This document shows, piece after piece, positions 36,917-46,183 of a stretch of 64,000 nt of DNA. This stretch comes from a virus. Lineage: Duplodnaviria > Caudoviricetes. Below the pieces are notes generated by a model. The model was not told the origin of the DNA and ran no database searches. It saw only the letters and a list, made by a program, of their open reading frames with translations. Every line of letters starts with the position of its first letter. The first letter of the stretch is position 1. The stretch lies in IMG/VR virus record IMGVR_UViG_2974799246_000001, positions 96,001 to 160,000 of that record. The stretch is one strand, 5' to 3'. Both the position numbers and the translations under genes were made by a program.

Positions 36917-38593
36917 TTACAGACTCAGACTTGTGGAGGTACTGCCTGACGGGTTGATGTTGAAGCGATAGATCAGACGCTTGGTAGTGCGCGTCGGGTC
37001 TAACACGATATCCAGAATCAAATCGCCGTTAGCGATAGTCTGGTTCGTGTTGTTGTTCTCATCACACACAACCTGATAGCCTTGAGAGCCAGAGCTACCG
37101 CCACGAAGACCGCGAGCGAGTTTAATCTCCTCGAGGAACTTCTCAACAATACCCTTCAGGTAACCACGAAGGATGTTGTCGTTCGGGTCGAACAGGCCGA
37201 CTTTACAGGTGCGATGACACACCTCAAGCACGTAGCCAACCATACGCTGAATCTGAATCTGCTGGAAGGCAGAGTTCATGTTATACTGCGTACTCGCTTC
37301 CCAAACTGCGTAGCCACCACCAGAGATATCTGGCAGCTTACGGATGTAGTTGACCTGCTCACGGGTCATAGCATCACGGTCGTCCTGATCATACTTCTGC
37401 GCGATAGCGAGGAAGTCGAGAGGGCTAGATGCAGTGATACCTGCAGGTGCGAACCACGTACCGCGGTTGTTGTCAGTGTACGCAAACACAGCACAGATCT
37501 GACCGACACAGGCTGTCCACAGGTAGCGGCCAGTATCTTCATCGAAGATTTTAATGTCAGGCGTATACAGTGCCATGTTGGTGTCGTTCACGTTCAACGT
37601 CTGGCGACGATAGCGAATCGCTTTAGACACAGACTGCTCGGCAGAAGGGATGCCGCAGATAACGAAGCAGTTGATGTGCGCAGCAGCCGCAGCTTTCATA
37701 CCACGGTGGATGATGTAGTCCTGAGTAGGGCTAATCAGCAGAGTCACACGAACTTCTTCTGGATCACCGAAGTAATCCTGATACGCTTGCGCCAGTTGGT
37801 CAGAACCAACAGTATCACCGTCTGAGCCACCTTGGAAGAAGATGAAGTCAGTGGTGAAGAAGTCGATATCAGTCGTGAAATATTCGTTACGGATGAAACG
37901 GAAGTTTGAACTCTCGTTCTCCATAGCGTGATCAACACGATACTGACGGTCGAACTCATCGGCATAGTCAAACAGACTGCACTGATAAGAGTTTACTGGC
38001 GCACTGCCGTTCTGGTAGTTCTCGAACTCGTCGATGTAGAACAGCTTCGTGTTGTACGATTTGCGGTCGTCGAACGGGTCGAGGCCACGTGGCGTAGCAG
38101 GACGAATCTGCAACGACATTGCGTTGTTCCAGTCACCTGGGTTTTCCAGAATGATGTAACCGATGATGTTTTCATTCAGCGGGTCATCAGGCAGGAAGCC
38201 TAGCTGGTCTGGAGAATCTACGCCAACGATATTACCTTCATCGTCAGTGTATGGAGTCAGGCGAAGTACAGGCTGTACAGCCGACGCGTCATCCACAGTC
38301 AGAACACCAACAGCGTACTTCGCGTTTTTAGTCACACGAACGTATTTAAGCTGATTGGTCTGTTTGGCTACAGGCAACGCTAAATATAAGCCGAGGCCAT
38401 ACTTGGGATCTTTTGCACCGAAGATGTTTTTCAAATCATCTTTATTACGCACATCAACACGCTGATTAACAGGACCTCGACGGGCCTGACCAACGATGCC
38501 TACGACGGACGTAGATAAAGACGTTGCACCAACGGAGAGATCCCGTACACCGGTGTAAACACCAGCAGAGGAATGCGTTGAGTTAACGGGCAT
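36917..38593 (-). CDS. Second tail sheath-family protein
   Basis: SAGVYT, RRGPV, GGSDGD, WFAPAG, LFDPND, DPTRTTKR motifs, collinear with 6113..7798. Confidence 0.9.
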   Translation of the reverse strand: MPVNSTHSSAGVYTGVRDLSVGATSLSTSVVGIVGQARRGPVNQRVDVRNKDDLKNIFGAKDPKYGLGLYLALPVAKQTNQLKYVRVTKNAKYAVGVLTVDDASAVQPVLRLTPYTDDEGNIVGVDSPDQLGFLPDDPLNENIIGYIILENPGDWNNAMSLQIRPATPRGLDPFDDRKSYNTKLFYIDEFENYQNGSAPVNSYQCSLFDYADEFDRQYRVDHAMENESSNFRFIRNEYFTTDIDFFTTDFIFFQGGSDGDTVGSDQLAQAYQDYFGDPEEVRVTLLISPTQDYIIHRGMKAAAAAHINCFVICGIPSAEQSVSKAIRYRRQTLNVNDTNMALYTPDIKIFDEDTGRYLWTACVGQICAVFAYTDNNRGTWFAPAGITASSPLDFLAIAQKYDQDDRDAMTREQVNYIRKLPDISGGGYAVWEASTQYNMNSAFQQIQIQRMVGYVLEVCHRTCKVGLFDPNDNILRGYLKGIVEKFLEEIKLARGLRGGSSGSQGYQVVCDENNNTNQTIANGDLILDIVLDPTRTTKRLIYRFNINPSGSTSTSLSL

Positions 38594-38670
38594 GTTTCGT
38601 CTCCTTATATGACTGTCTGAAATTATTGAATGGACGGCCTAGAACAAGGAGAAGGGTGCTATTTGGGTTA

Positions 38671-38705
38671 GAAATGCAAAAAGGGCAGCCGAAGCCACCC
38701 TTTTT
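38671..38705 (-). terminator. Intrinsic terminator (possibly bidirectional)
   Basis: AAAAAGGGTGGC-TTCG-GCTGCCC-TTTTTGCATTTC. Confidence 0.85.
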
Positions 38706-38707
38706 GA

Positions 38708-39790
38708 TTAGCAATCACAACCTACTGAGTCAAAATCCAGTTTCAGGCCAGGATAAAGTTGGTTAAACTCCTCCAGAGGCATATTGAAACCAGCAGCACT
38801 AACATGTCCATCACCACCGCGCGAACGTGCAATGAAACGAGCACTACCCGCATGACCTTCAGGATAACCTTTAGAACGGCAGCTAACGTAAACCTTTGTA
38901 GGGTCACGATGGCCCTTACGTACCAGCATCACTGTTTGGAAGTGAGCATAGTTGTCATAGACGTAAGTACCAGTCTCGGATGCAATGCCCTTATCGCAAG
39001 GCACCACTGCATGTTTCACACCAATCAGGTGATTGGGTTCCGAGAAGTAGCTGTTCGTTTCAATCAGACCGCGAATTACTTCGTTGCGTTCTTCGATAGC
39101 GACAAAACCTTGTGCGATGATCTGTTCGATATCACCAGACAGGATAATCTTGTACGCAGCGCGAACGGTAGGAGGCATATCCGTGTAGAAACGACCACAC
39201 TTCTCAACTTCCTTGAACACGTCCTTAACGTAGCCTTCATAGAAAGCGAAAGCACGTTCATTGGTACGAATCCACAGGTCACGGTCAGACACCAGTTGCG
39301 CCATGCGAATGATGTTATCAGTGCAGGCATATTGGTGTTGCTGGAAGTCAGATACGTGCGCCATGTAGGCAAGCAGAGTACCACTACCACCAGCTTTGAA
39401 CGTCAGGTCTAGAGGCGATACACCCAGCGCAGCACATTCTTTGGCGTACAGCTCTGGGTCACGGCAATCATGGTGGTCAAGCACCTTGAAGTTACCGCCG
39501 AAGCGTTTTGTCATGACTGCCATCTGGCGCTCAGTCAGAGAGAAGTCAACAACGACAACGCGCGTGTAGCCTGTTGGGTTTTTAATGAAATCGCCTTTAT
39601 CGTCTTTGATACCTTCGAGACCCTTCATGTCTTCGAACTTAGTACCTTCGGCGTCAACGATATCTCCCTGGTCGTTCGCGTAGACAGCAGGGAAGAAGTG
39701 GAGAGTATCGTTCGGGTACGCAAGTGCTGTAATGGCAGCGGCGAAACTACCATCAGCACATCCTTGATGATAGACAACAAGTGTAGTCAT
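38708..39790 (-). CDS. DHH/DHHA1 phosphoesterase (NrnB/oligoribonuclease-like)
   Basis: YHQGCADG, VVVDFS, VLDHH, DRDLW, SCRS, GGDGHVSAAGF motifs. Confidence 0.88.
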   Translation of the reverse strand: MTTLVVYHQGCADGSFAAAITALAYPNDTLHFFPAVYANDQGDIVDAEGTKFEDMKGLEGIKDDKGDFIKNPTGYTRVVVVDFSLTERQMAVMTKRFGGNFKVLDHHDCRDPELYAKECAALGVSPLDLTFKAGGSGTLLAYMAHVSDFQQHQYACTDNIIRMAQLVSDRDLWIRTNERAFAFYEGYVKDVFKEVEKCGRFYTDMPPTVRAAYKIILSGDIEQIIAQGFVAIEERNEVIRGLIETNSYFSEPNHLIGVKHAVVPCDKGIASETGTYVYDNYAHFQTVMLVRKGHRDPTKVYVSCRSKGYPEGHAGSARFIARSRGGDGHVSAAGFNMPLEEFNQLYPGLKLDFDSVGCDC

Positions 39791-39792
39791 TG

Positions 39793-40653
39793 TTAAACCC
39801 AGTGGTTATTGTGATTTGCTCCAGATTGGACGCTACGCATATGCTCAAGCATTTGGCGCAGGCCCGCCAGCGTCTGTTCTAACGACATGCGGTATTGGTC
39901 AGAGGCAACGTTCTCTCCGTAATGCAGTGAGAGAACGTACAGCGACCATTCTTCGGACTGGCGCAGGCGCTCCATTTTCTTATAGAGGTCTTGACGGCGT
40001 TCACGCGCACGTAACAGACGCTCCATTAAATTAAGTGAATCGTGAGATTTTTTCAGCAACTCGATATGAATCGCGTCGAGTCCCTCATAGTCCAAACGAA
40101 TCACTGCCTCTTTTGCCTTAAGGAACAACTCGCGGCGGCGCTTCTGTTCTTCGGCAGGAAGATTACGGCATTTGTCTGGATGCGTAATACGTGCGATGAT
40201 CTTATAGAGCGCTTTGCACTTCTTACGCAGGAGGGCCTTGGAGATTATCGCGTTAGACGCCTCACGGTCCGCTGCTTCTTCGTTGTCTTCCGTTTCGTGC
40301 TCGGTGTCCTGAACGAAGTTATCATCCATGAGCTTTTTCAGATCTTCTGCATTCGCCTGGTCTTCGAGATCGTCAGAGTCAGCCATCTGCAACATCAAGG
40401 CTTGAATCTGATTGTTAGTGATCTCAATCTCGGCGATGATTGGACGGTGTGTTGCATTGAGTCCGTCCACCAGCTTTGTAACACGTTCGCAGTCTGCGCC
40501 GTAACGCAGTTCAAGCGCGGCAACTTCTTCGAGAATCTCATCGAGAGTTTCGCCTGTCGCTTCTTCAAACTGCTGTACTTCTTCCGCCAGGTCCATGTTT
40601 GGTGGAACTGGTACTGGGAGTTGAGGGATAACCATCAACTGTGTATTTGTCAT
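39793..40653 (-). CDS. J-domain (DnaJ-like) co-chaperone
   Basis: KALYKIIARITHPDK with HPD motif, flanked by coiled coils. Confidence 0.75.
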   Translation of the reverse strand: MTNTQLMVIPQLPVPVPPNMDLAEEVQQFEEATGETLDEILEEVAALELRYGADCERVTKLVDGLNATHRPIIAEIEITNNQIQALMLQMADSDDLEDQANAEDLKKLMDDNFVQDTEHETEDNEEAADREASNAIISKALLRKKCKALYKIIARITHPDKCRNLPAEEQKRRRELFLKAKEAVIRLDYEGLDAIHIELLKKSHDSLNLMERLLRARERRQDLYKKMERLRQSEEWSLYVLSLHYGENVASDQYRMSLEQTLAGLRQMLEHMRSVQSGANHNNHWV

Positions 40654-40844
40654 GGGCGCACAAGCTCCGAAATAGGTTTAGCTACCAGCTCTGCAATGCG
40701 CTGTGGACATTGCGGGTTGCGCTTCAAGTTCTTGTGCAACCACTGCAAGTTGTTACCTGACGTAGACACCTCAGCACGGAAGCTGGGCAGTTTAAGCTCG
40801 TCACGGTGTTTGTTTAACAGCGCATTCAGTTCGTTCAGTAACAT
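40650..40844 (-). CDS. Small hypothetical protein
   Basis: 64 aa, AAGGA SD, ATGA overlap with next gene. Confidence 0.6.
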   Translation of the reverse strand: MLLNELNALLNKHRDELKLPSFRAEVSTSGNNLQWLHKNLKRNPQCPQRIAELVAKPISELVRP

Positions 40845-40853
40845 CGTTTTTCC

Positions 40854-41474
40854 TTAAAGAGATGAGGTCATTAATTCGAGAACGTTTGATACCACATGCG
40901 CAGGACCGATTGAAATACCAGTGTGCGCCTGCAGGTGAATACGTTTAGTGAATAGCTCTAACGGGTCTGGCCCGCCGCCAGTCACTACGATGCGAGGTAT
41001 CTTCGGGAACATCTCAAGGATATCGCGCAGTCGTTCAATCTTATAACTGGTGCTGTCCATTGTTACGTTTGTCAGCACCAACAACGATGGTCGTTTCTGT
41101 TTGAGTTGTTCGTAGTCGAAACGATCACCATACAACGTTACCCAGCGTGGCTTTAACGCAGTTGCCTCACTATCCTCTACTGCTGCATTGAAGATAGACA
41201 ACGCAGCCATCTTCGCACGATAATCATTTGGGAAACTACTGATCACCGTGATACGCGGGTCAAACGAGAAAGGGTTTTGAATCATCTTCGCAAGATGCGT
41301 AAGCTGTTTGGTCTTACTTACTACCTTACCTTTAAAGTAAGGCGACAGTGGCTTATAGTCCTGTGCGGCTTCGGCCACATCGAACTGTTCACGCTTACCG
41401 AATAATAGCTGTGGGTCAACGCCCAGAGTCTGCATCTGCTTTGCTACAGCAGGTTCAAAGTCAAATGTTAGCAC
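40854..41474 (-). CDS. Degenerate DnaC/IstB-like AAA+ protein (putative helicase loader)
   Basis: PSLLVLTNV and IPRIVVTG resemble DnaC Walker B/sensor regions; no intact Walker A. Confidence 0.4.
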   Translation of the reverse strand: MLTFDFEPAVAKQMQTLGVDPQLLFGKREQFDVAEAAQDYKPLSPYFKGKVVSKTKQLTHLAKMIQNPFSFDPRITVISSFPNDYRAKMAALSIFNAAVEDSEATALKPRWVTLYGDRFDYEQLKQKRPSLLVLTNVTMDSTSYKIERLRDILEMFPKIPRIVVTGGGPDPLELFTKRIHLQAHTGISIGPAHVVSNVLELMTSSL

Positions 41475-41499
41475 AATACCCTCCGTTATTCATGTTAGG

Positions 41500-41508
41500 T
41501 ATTTACAG
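41500..41508 (-). promoter_or_regulatory. Phage promoter motif CTGTAAATA
   Basis: Exact 9-mer 26 nt upstream of start 41474. Confidence 0.7.
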
Positions 41509-41856
41509 ATTCTGTAAGCGCTGCCACACAACGAATTTGACGTTTAGGGCATGTTCTTCACTCTCGGCAGCACGTCGGGGTTCATACTTAGGAGCGTACT
41601 GACGCAGATGGTCCTGACGGACTGCGAGTTGCGCTTCAATTTTGTGGATTGGATTCAGCACTTGACTGTACGAATGGTCTTCGATGATAACAAGGTTATC
41701 AATACGGAGAACACCAGGAACTTCAAACACTGTGGGCAGTACGCCGGGTTTGAATGCTGAACCCATAACTGTCTCATGGTATTCAACAAGCGCTTTAACC
41801 AACAAGCGGCCTGCGGATTGACTCAGTGTAAGATTGTACTCAGTACGGAATTCCAT
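41503..41856 (-). CDS. Hypothetical protein
   Basis: 117 aa with AAGGAG SD. Confidence 0.6.
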   Translation of the reverse strand: MEFRTEYNLTLSQSAGRLLVKALVEYHETVMGSAFKPGVLPTVFEVPGVLRIDNLVIIEDHSYSQVLNPIHKIEAQLAVRQDHLRQYAPKYEPRRAAESEEHALNVKFVVWQRLQNL

Positions 41857-41872
41857 GATGTTCTCCTTGATA

Positions 41873-42244
41873 TTACATCAGTGCCAGTTCAGGGTCGATA
41901 TACGTGTACGAGAACACGACGTTCCAACCAGAAGCAGCATCTTTGTTTTGATGATAGCGGAAGCCGTAGATCATCAGCTTGCCTTTGGTATCAGGCTCAA
42001 GCGTAGACTCATATTCAAGCCAAGCCGCCTCCAGCTTCATCTTCTCGGCAATGTCTTTCGACCAGCCATCGAAGTCATACGGACCTTCTGGAACTTCCCA
42101 GGACAGCGAATGCTTAGGCCAGTGTTCGGCTTGCATGTCAGTGTCTTTGGAAATCCAGTCGAGATGGTTAACGCCCATGTGATATGCAATTGCATGGGCA
42201 TAGCCACGCTCTTTCATGTAGCGTTGCAGTTGATCAAGACGCAT
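41873..42244 (-). CDS. Hypothetical protein
   Basis: Start re-called to ATG 42244 (AAGGAG SD). Confidence 0.6.
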   Translation of the reverse strand: MRLDQLQRYMKERGYAHAIAYHMGVNHLDWISKDTDMQAEHWPKHSLSWEVPEGPYDFDGWSKDIAEKMKLEAAWLEYESTLEPDTKGKLMIYGFRYHQNKDAASGWNVVFSYTYIDPELALM

Positions 42245-42554
42245 TAGGTTGCTCCTTGTAGCGCGGGAATACGGTAACGCTAATGCGCGTAGTGTCCTTA
42301 TGGTGTGGCTGCTCATCATGCGACACAAGCAGGACGTCGGTGACTTCCAGAGTGTTACGAATGAGAATAAGCAACTGACCTACAACGGACAAAGGATGGA
42401 TGAAGTTAGAGACAATCATGTTGATCTCGGTCACCTGAGCATGATCGCCTACGCTAACATCACCATCCCATTCTTCTACGTGCATACACGCACGGACAGC
42501 TTCACTCTTGAGCATATCCATATCGAGAGTGAAGGGTAATCGCTCTTTCATCAT
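42234..42554 (-). CDS. Hypothetical protein
   Basis: 106 aa, AAGGAG SD. Confidence 0.6.
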   Translation of the reverse strand: MMKERLPFTLDMDMLKSEAVRACMHVEEWDGDVSVGDHAQVTEINMIVSNFIHPLSVVGQLLILIRNTLEVTDVLLVSHDEQPHHKDTTRISVTVFPRYKEQPNAS

Positions 42555-42594
42555 AAACTCCTTATAGGCTGCTGAAAAAGAGACAGTCTATAAA

Positions 42595-43059
42595 TTAGAA
42601 AGCGACACCCTTAAGGAACGTCCGGGCGAATTTAATGAAGATCTTTTGCTTGGCTTCGGGCAGCTTACGATAGCGCTGGATAATGTCTTCCAGTGAATCG
42701 TCTTCTGTCAGATCAACAGGTGAGACTACACCCACTTCACCTTTGTGCCAGTTAGCTTTCGTGACAGTCAGCAGGAACGTGCCTCGAACTTCGTCCGCAA
42801 CACGTTCGCCTGGACCGCCTACAGGAACACGCACTTTGGTATGTTCGATATCGGCAATGCGCTGAATAGCAACACCGTCTGGGAACTGAGCGAACACCTC
42901 AGTCAGATCGATATCGGCTTCATTGTTCGGCGCAGGGTTTTTAGCAGTGAACGACACGCGAAACGTAATGCCACCATCAACGTCGTACTGACCGTCGAAG
43001 ATGATCTTTTTGTTTGCGCGTAGAGTGTTGCAGATTAGAGTATGTAAGGGATCGAACAT
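42595..43059 (-). CDS. Hypothetical protein
   Basis: 154 aa, GAGG SD, tight packing. Confidence 0.6.
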   Translation of the reverse strand: MFDPLHTLICNTLRANKKIIFDGQYDVDGGITFRVSFTAKNPAPNNEADIDLTEVFAQFPDGVAIQRIADIEHTKVRVPVGGPGERVADEVRGTFLLTVTKANWHKGEVGVVSPVDLTEDDSLEDIIQRYRKLPEAKQKIFIKFARTFLKGVAF

Positions 43060-43060
43060 G

Positions 43061-43597
43061 TTACTTCCTCAGATAGTCGGCCAGCATTTCAACATGATTA
43101 CGAATCATCCGCTTCTGGTCGAGTGTGAGTTTACTGAAAGGCGGCAGGTCTGGATAGATTCCCTGCATCGCCAGATACGTTGTCTGGATGTTGCGCTTAG
43201 GTGCAGGCTCTTCCTTTAGACACTTAAACATAACGTTAGTTAGCGTCCACGTATGCGTCTGACCATCAACAAGAATCGTTGAGTCTTCTGCATTTGTGAT
43301 CACAAGGTCGATGGAGTCAATAGCCATGCACACTTCATCAAGGCCAGACACGCTAACATCAAAATCATCATAGACACAGGTGCGTCCTGCACATGCACCA
43401 GTGCGCTGCCAGACGATCTTGATATCTGCCTTGTAGATGCCACGCAATTCACCGAGGTCTTTCTCGTACAGCGAATGTACCTTAATGTTACTGCCTGACT
43501 TCTTCAACAGCGCATTCATTTGCTGAACTACCATCAGCATTTGTTGTTGCAGCACATCCTCTGTGCTGACTACTTCGTTCAATGAAGTTTGCGGCAT
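43061..43597 (-). CDS. Hypothetical protein
   Basis: 178 aa, TAATG-coupled to the helicase gene. Confidence 0.6.
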   Translation of the reverse strand: MPQTSLNEVVSTEDVLQQQMLMVVQQMNALLKKSGSNIKVHSLYEKDLGELRGIYKADIKIVWQRTGACAGRTCVYDDFDVSVSGLDEVCMAIDSIDLVITNAEDSTILVDGQTHTWTLTNVMFKCLKEEPAPKRNIQTTYLAMQGIYPDLPPFSKLTLDQKRMIRNHVEMLADYLRK

Positions 43598-45198
43598 TAG
43601 AATCGCCTCATACCTAAGTTAGACGGCTGGCCTTTCACACGCGCTTCTGGTTCAAAGAAGTCTGGCAGTTCTCCATCGAGCGCTTCTTCTCTCGACACGA
43701 CTCCCATCCAGTCACGCAGTTTCTTCGGTGTACGCTTCGCTTTCGCGTAACCAAACTTCCAGCACATCTTGAGAACTGAACGAGCACACTGCATCGAGCG
43801 GTCCATCTTAGGATCAATGAACATACGAATAACAGGTGTGCGTTTGTTTTCCATCGGCGTCAGAATACGACACGATTCCTGTTTCCAGTTCGGTTCGTTA
43901 TTCATTGGCATGATGTAGTACAGCGTGTCCCACTTCGGAACGTTCAGGCCGCGCTGCATCAATTTCCTCATACCGACGACACAACGAATCTTACCTTCAC
44001 GCGCTGCATCAATGATTGGCTTACGACGCTTCGCCTCTTTCGCACCGCCGAGGAACACGGCTGCGACTTCTTCCATGTAATGCTCATTGATACGCTGCAC
44101 CAGACGACGAGCCTGATCAGTGAACATAATAGGTATCGCAATGCTTCGACCAGCATCAAGGTCTTTGATAATCCATTCAAAGATTTTGTCGTTACGGTCT
44201 GGATGGTTCGCCAGGAACTTACAGAACCGCACCCAACCACTTTTGTTGTTGTAGTTCGCTTTCGACTGCACACGCGATGAGGTCTTGTGCAACGTTACTT
44301 TCGGCACAAGCTCTTCCACGAATGCTTCGGCAATCACAGGCCCGAAGATAGATTCAATCAGGTAGTGACGTCCGTCTTTACGCTTAGGTGTTGCAGTCAG
44401 GCCGAAACGATACTTCATCTTGAGCGAGGCCAGTACGCGGCTGTAGCAGCTTGCGTTACCAGCGTGACACTCATCGACGAACAACGTACCGTAGTTCTCG
44501 TTCAGCAACTTGAGTCGCTTCTTCGAGTTCTTGCTGTCAGAGATCAACGACTGATAGGTCACCAGAATGATCTGGAAGTTCTTATAGTCATCGAGAGTTT
44601 TAGGGAAGCCATACAGCTTCTTACCTGTCTTCTCCTCCAGCTCTGGCAGGTTCGTCATCTGCTCGATAGTCTCCAAGAAACCATCAAGGAAGTCTTTCTG
44701 GTCAGCCATAATGACTGTACGGAATCCAGAGTGACACGCACCAGCAGTACCGATAACTGTCTTACCAGAACGAGGCGGTGCTTTAAACACACCACACAGT
44801 TCGCCGAACATCTTCTCGAACGGCTCTTCCTGATAATCACGCAGCTTACCAGTGAACTTCACTTTATAGTCGAATGGCACACGGCTCGTACCATTGACGA
44901 ACTTCACTTCTTTCAGGCTTAACCCTGCTGTACGTTCGAAGCGGTGCATCTCGCCGTAAGGAATCGAAACGTAACGCTTACCCTTAATGTCAGAGTATTT
45001 GGCCAGCACGGTTATATCAACCAGTCCACCTTTAGAACACTGACGGCATTCTTCGGATGGACGTATAGAACGAAACTCACAGTTCTTACAAGCGGCGTTG
45101 TCGAACTCGTAGTGAGTCATCTTCTTGATGATGTTGTCAGCGTCTACATGCTTAACAGGAATGTGCAGACGGCTATCGACCAATACTTTGGCAGTCAC
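43597..45198 (-). CDS. SF2 DNA helicase (UvsW-like)
   Basis: LRDYQ, APPRSGKT, VDECH, GLTATPKRKDG, RGLNVP motifs. Confidence 0.9.
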   Translation of the reverse strand: MTAKVLVDSRLHIPVKHVDADNIIKKMTHYEFDNAACKNCEFRSIRPSEECRQCSKGGLVDITVLAKYSDIKGKRYVSIPYGEMHRFERTAGLSLKEVKFVNGTSRVPFDYKVKFTGKLRDYQEEPFEKMFGELCGVFKAPPRSGKTVIGTAGACHSGFRTVIMADQKDFLDGFLETIEQMTNLPELEEKTGKKLYGFPKTLDDYKNFQIILVTYQSLISDSKNSKKRLKLLNENYGTLFVDECHAGNASCYSRVLASLKMKYRFGLTATPKRKDGRHYLIESIFGPVIAEAFVEELVPKVTLHKTSSRVQSKANYNNKSGWVRFCKFLANHPDRNDKIFEWIIKDLDAGRSIAIPIMFTDQARRLVQRINEHYMEEVAAVFLGGAKEAKRRKPIIDAAREGKIRCVVGMRKLMQRGLNVPKWDTLYYIMPMNNEPNWKQESCRILTPMENKRTPVIRMFIDPKMDRSMQCARSVLKMCWKFGYAKAKRTPKKLRDWMGVVSREEALDGELPDFFEPEARVKGQPSNLGMRRF

Positions 45199-45200
45199 AT

Positions 45201-45752
45201 CTATTTCCTTGAGTTCGGCAGACCGTACTCACGCTGATTGATCAGGCTCATCGTATCAACCAGTGCGCGATAAGCAAAGCCACACTTGTCGATATCCTTG
45301 ATATACAAATCAAGTTCCTCTTTGAGCAAATCAAGTTGATCAGCGTAACGGTAATACTCCGCCATAATGTTTCTGACACAACGCTCACGCTCTTTGGCGG
45401 CGCCGACGGCTTTCAGATCTTTTGCATACGTGACCGAAGCGTAATCCTGAAATCGTTCCAACATGTCATTTAACAGTTTCGAGGCTGCGTGAACATGCGT
45501 CATAATCTCAGTCATACGGCTTCGGTACGATTGATCTTGAATTATCGACTCAGCCACCTTGTTGAGAGCGTTAGGGTCACCAGAGACATTCAGCGTTCTG
45601 ACTTTACGAATCTTAAACAACTGCCGAGCTTCATCCTGATACTCTGCTAATGGCAGTTGAAACAGATCGTTGGTCTTATAGATATCGCGCAACTTTTTGT
45701 AGCGCTTATCCTCTTTGACCTTTAATCGTATACGCTTTAGGTCGTCCATCAA
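45201..45752 (-). CDS. Putative UvsY-like recombination mediator
   Basis: Helical; C-terminal IKDIDKCGFAYRALVD resembles the UvsY C-terminus; adjacent to the UvsW-like helicase. Confidence 0.4.
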   Translation of the reverse strand: MMDDLKRIRLKVKEDKRYKKLRDIYKTNDLFQLPLAEYQDEARQLFKIRKVRTLNVSGDPNALNKVAESIIQDQSYRSRMTEIMTHVHAASKLLNDMLERFQDYASVTYAKDLKAVGAAKERERCVRNIMAEYYRYADQLDLLKEELDLYIKDIDKCGFAYRALVDTMSLINQREYGLPNSRK

Positions 45753-46183
45753 TCACCTCTATCGGTTACCAGAAGAGGACTGTCTGGAGTCTTGTGCGGC
45801 ATAGCGAAGAAACTACCATGCTCATCACGATACACCAACAGACCTCCAGATGACCCTTCAATCGGGCAGGTAAAGTTAAATATCTTTTCAAGAGGCGGCA
45901 TATAGCTAACAGACACGTCATTAAACGTGCACCACTTGGCAGACACTTCAATCAACGAACCAACGACAGTATCGGCAAGGCGCAGGTAAGACTGCTTGAA
46001 GTGGTAACTATGTTCGATAGGAGCCACACTATCAATCGTCAGCTCATCACCGTACACAGCCTTATAAATTAGGCAGAAGCGGCGACGGCCACGAGGAGCA
46101 TTCGGTATTTCATACAGTACATCATGTATGAGTGAAGAAACGTCCCCACAGAGGACGTTTTTCTTGATCACCAGATTGATCAT
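45749..46183 (-). CDS. Hypothetical protein
   Basis: 144 aa, 4-nt overlaps at both ends. Confidence 0.55.
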   Translation of the reverse strand: MINLVIKKNVLCGDVSSLIHDVLYEIPNAPRGRRRFCLIYKAVYGDELTIDSVAPIEHSYHFKQSYLRLADTVVGSLIEVSAKWCTFNDVSVSYMPPLEKIFNFTCPIEGSSGGLLVYRDEHGSFFAMPHKTPDSPLLVTDRGD

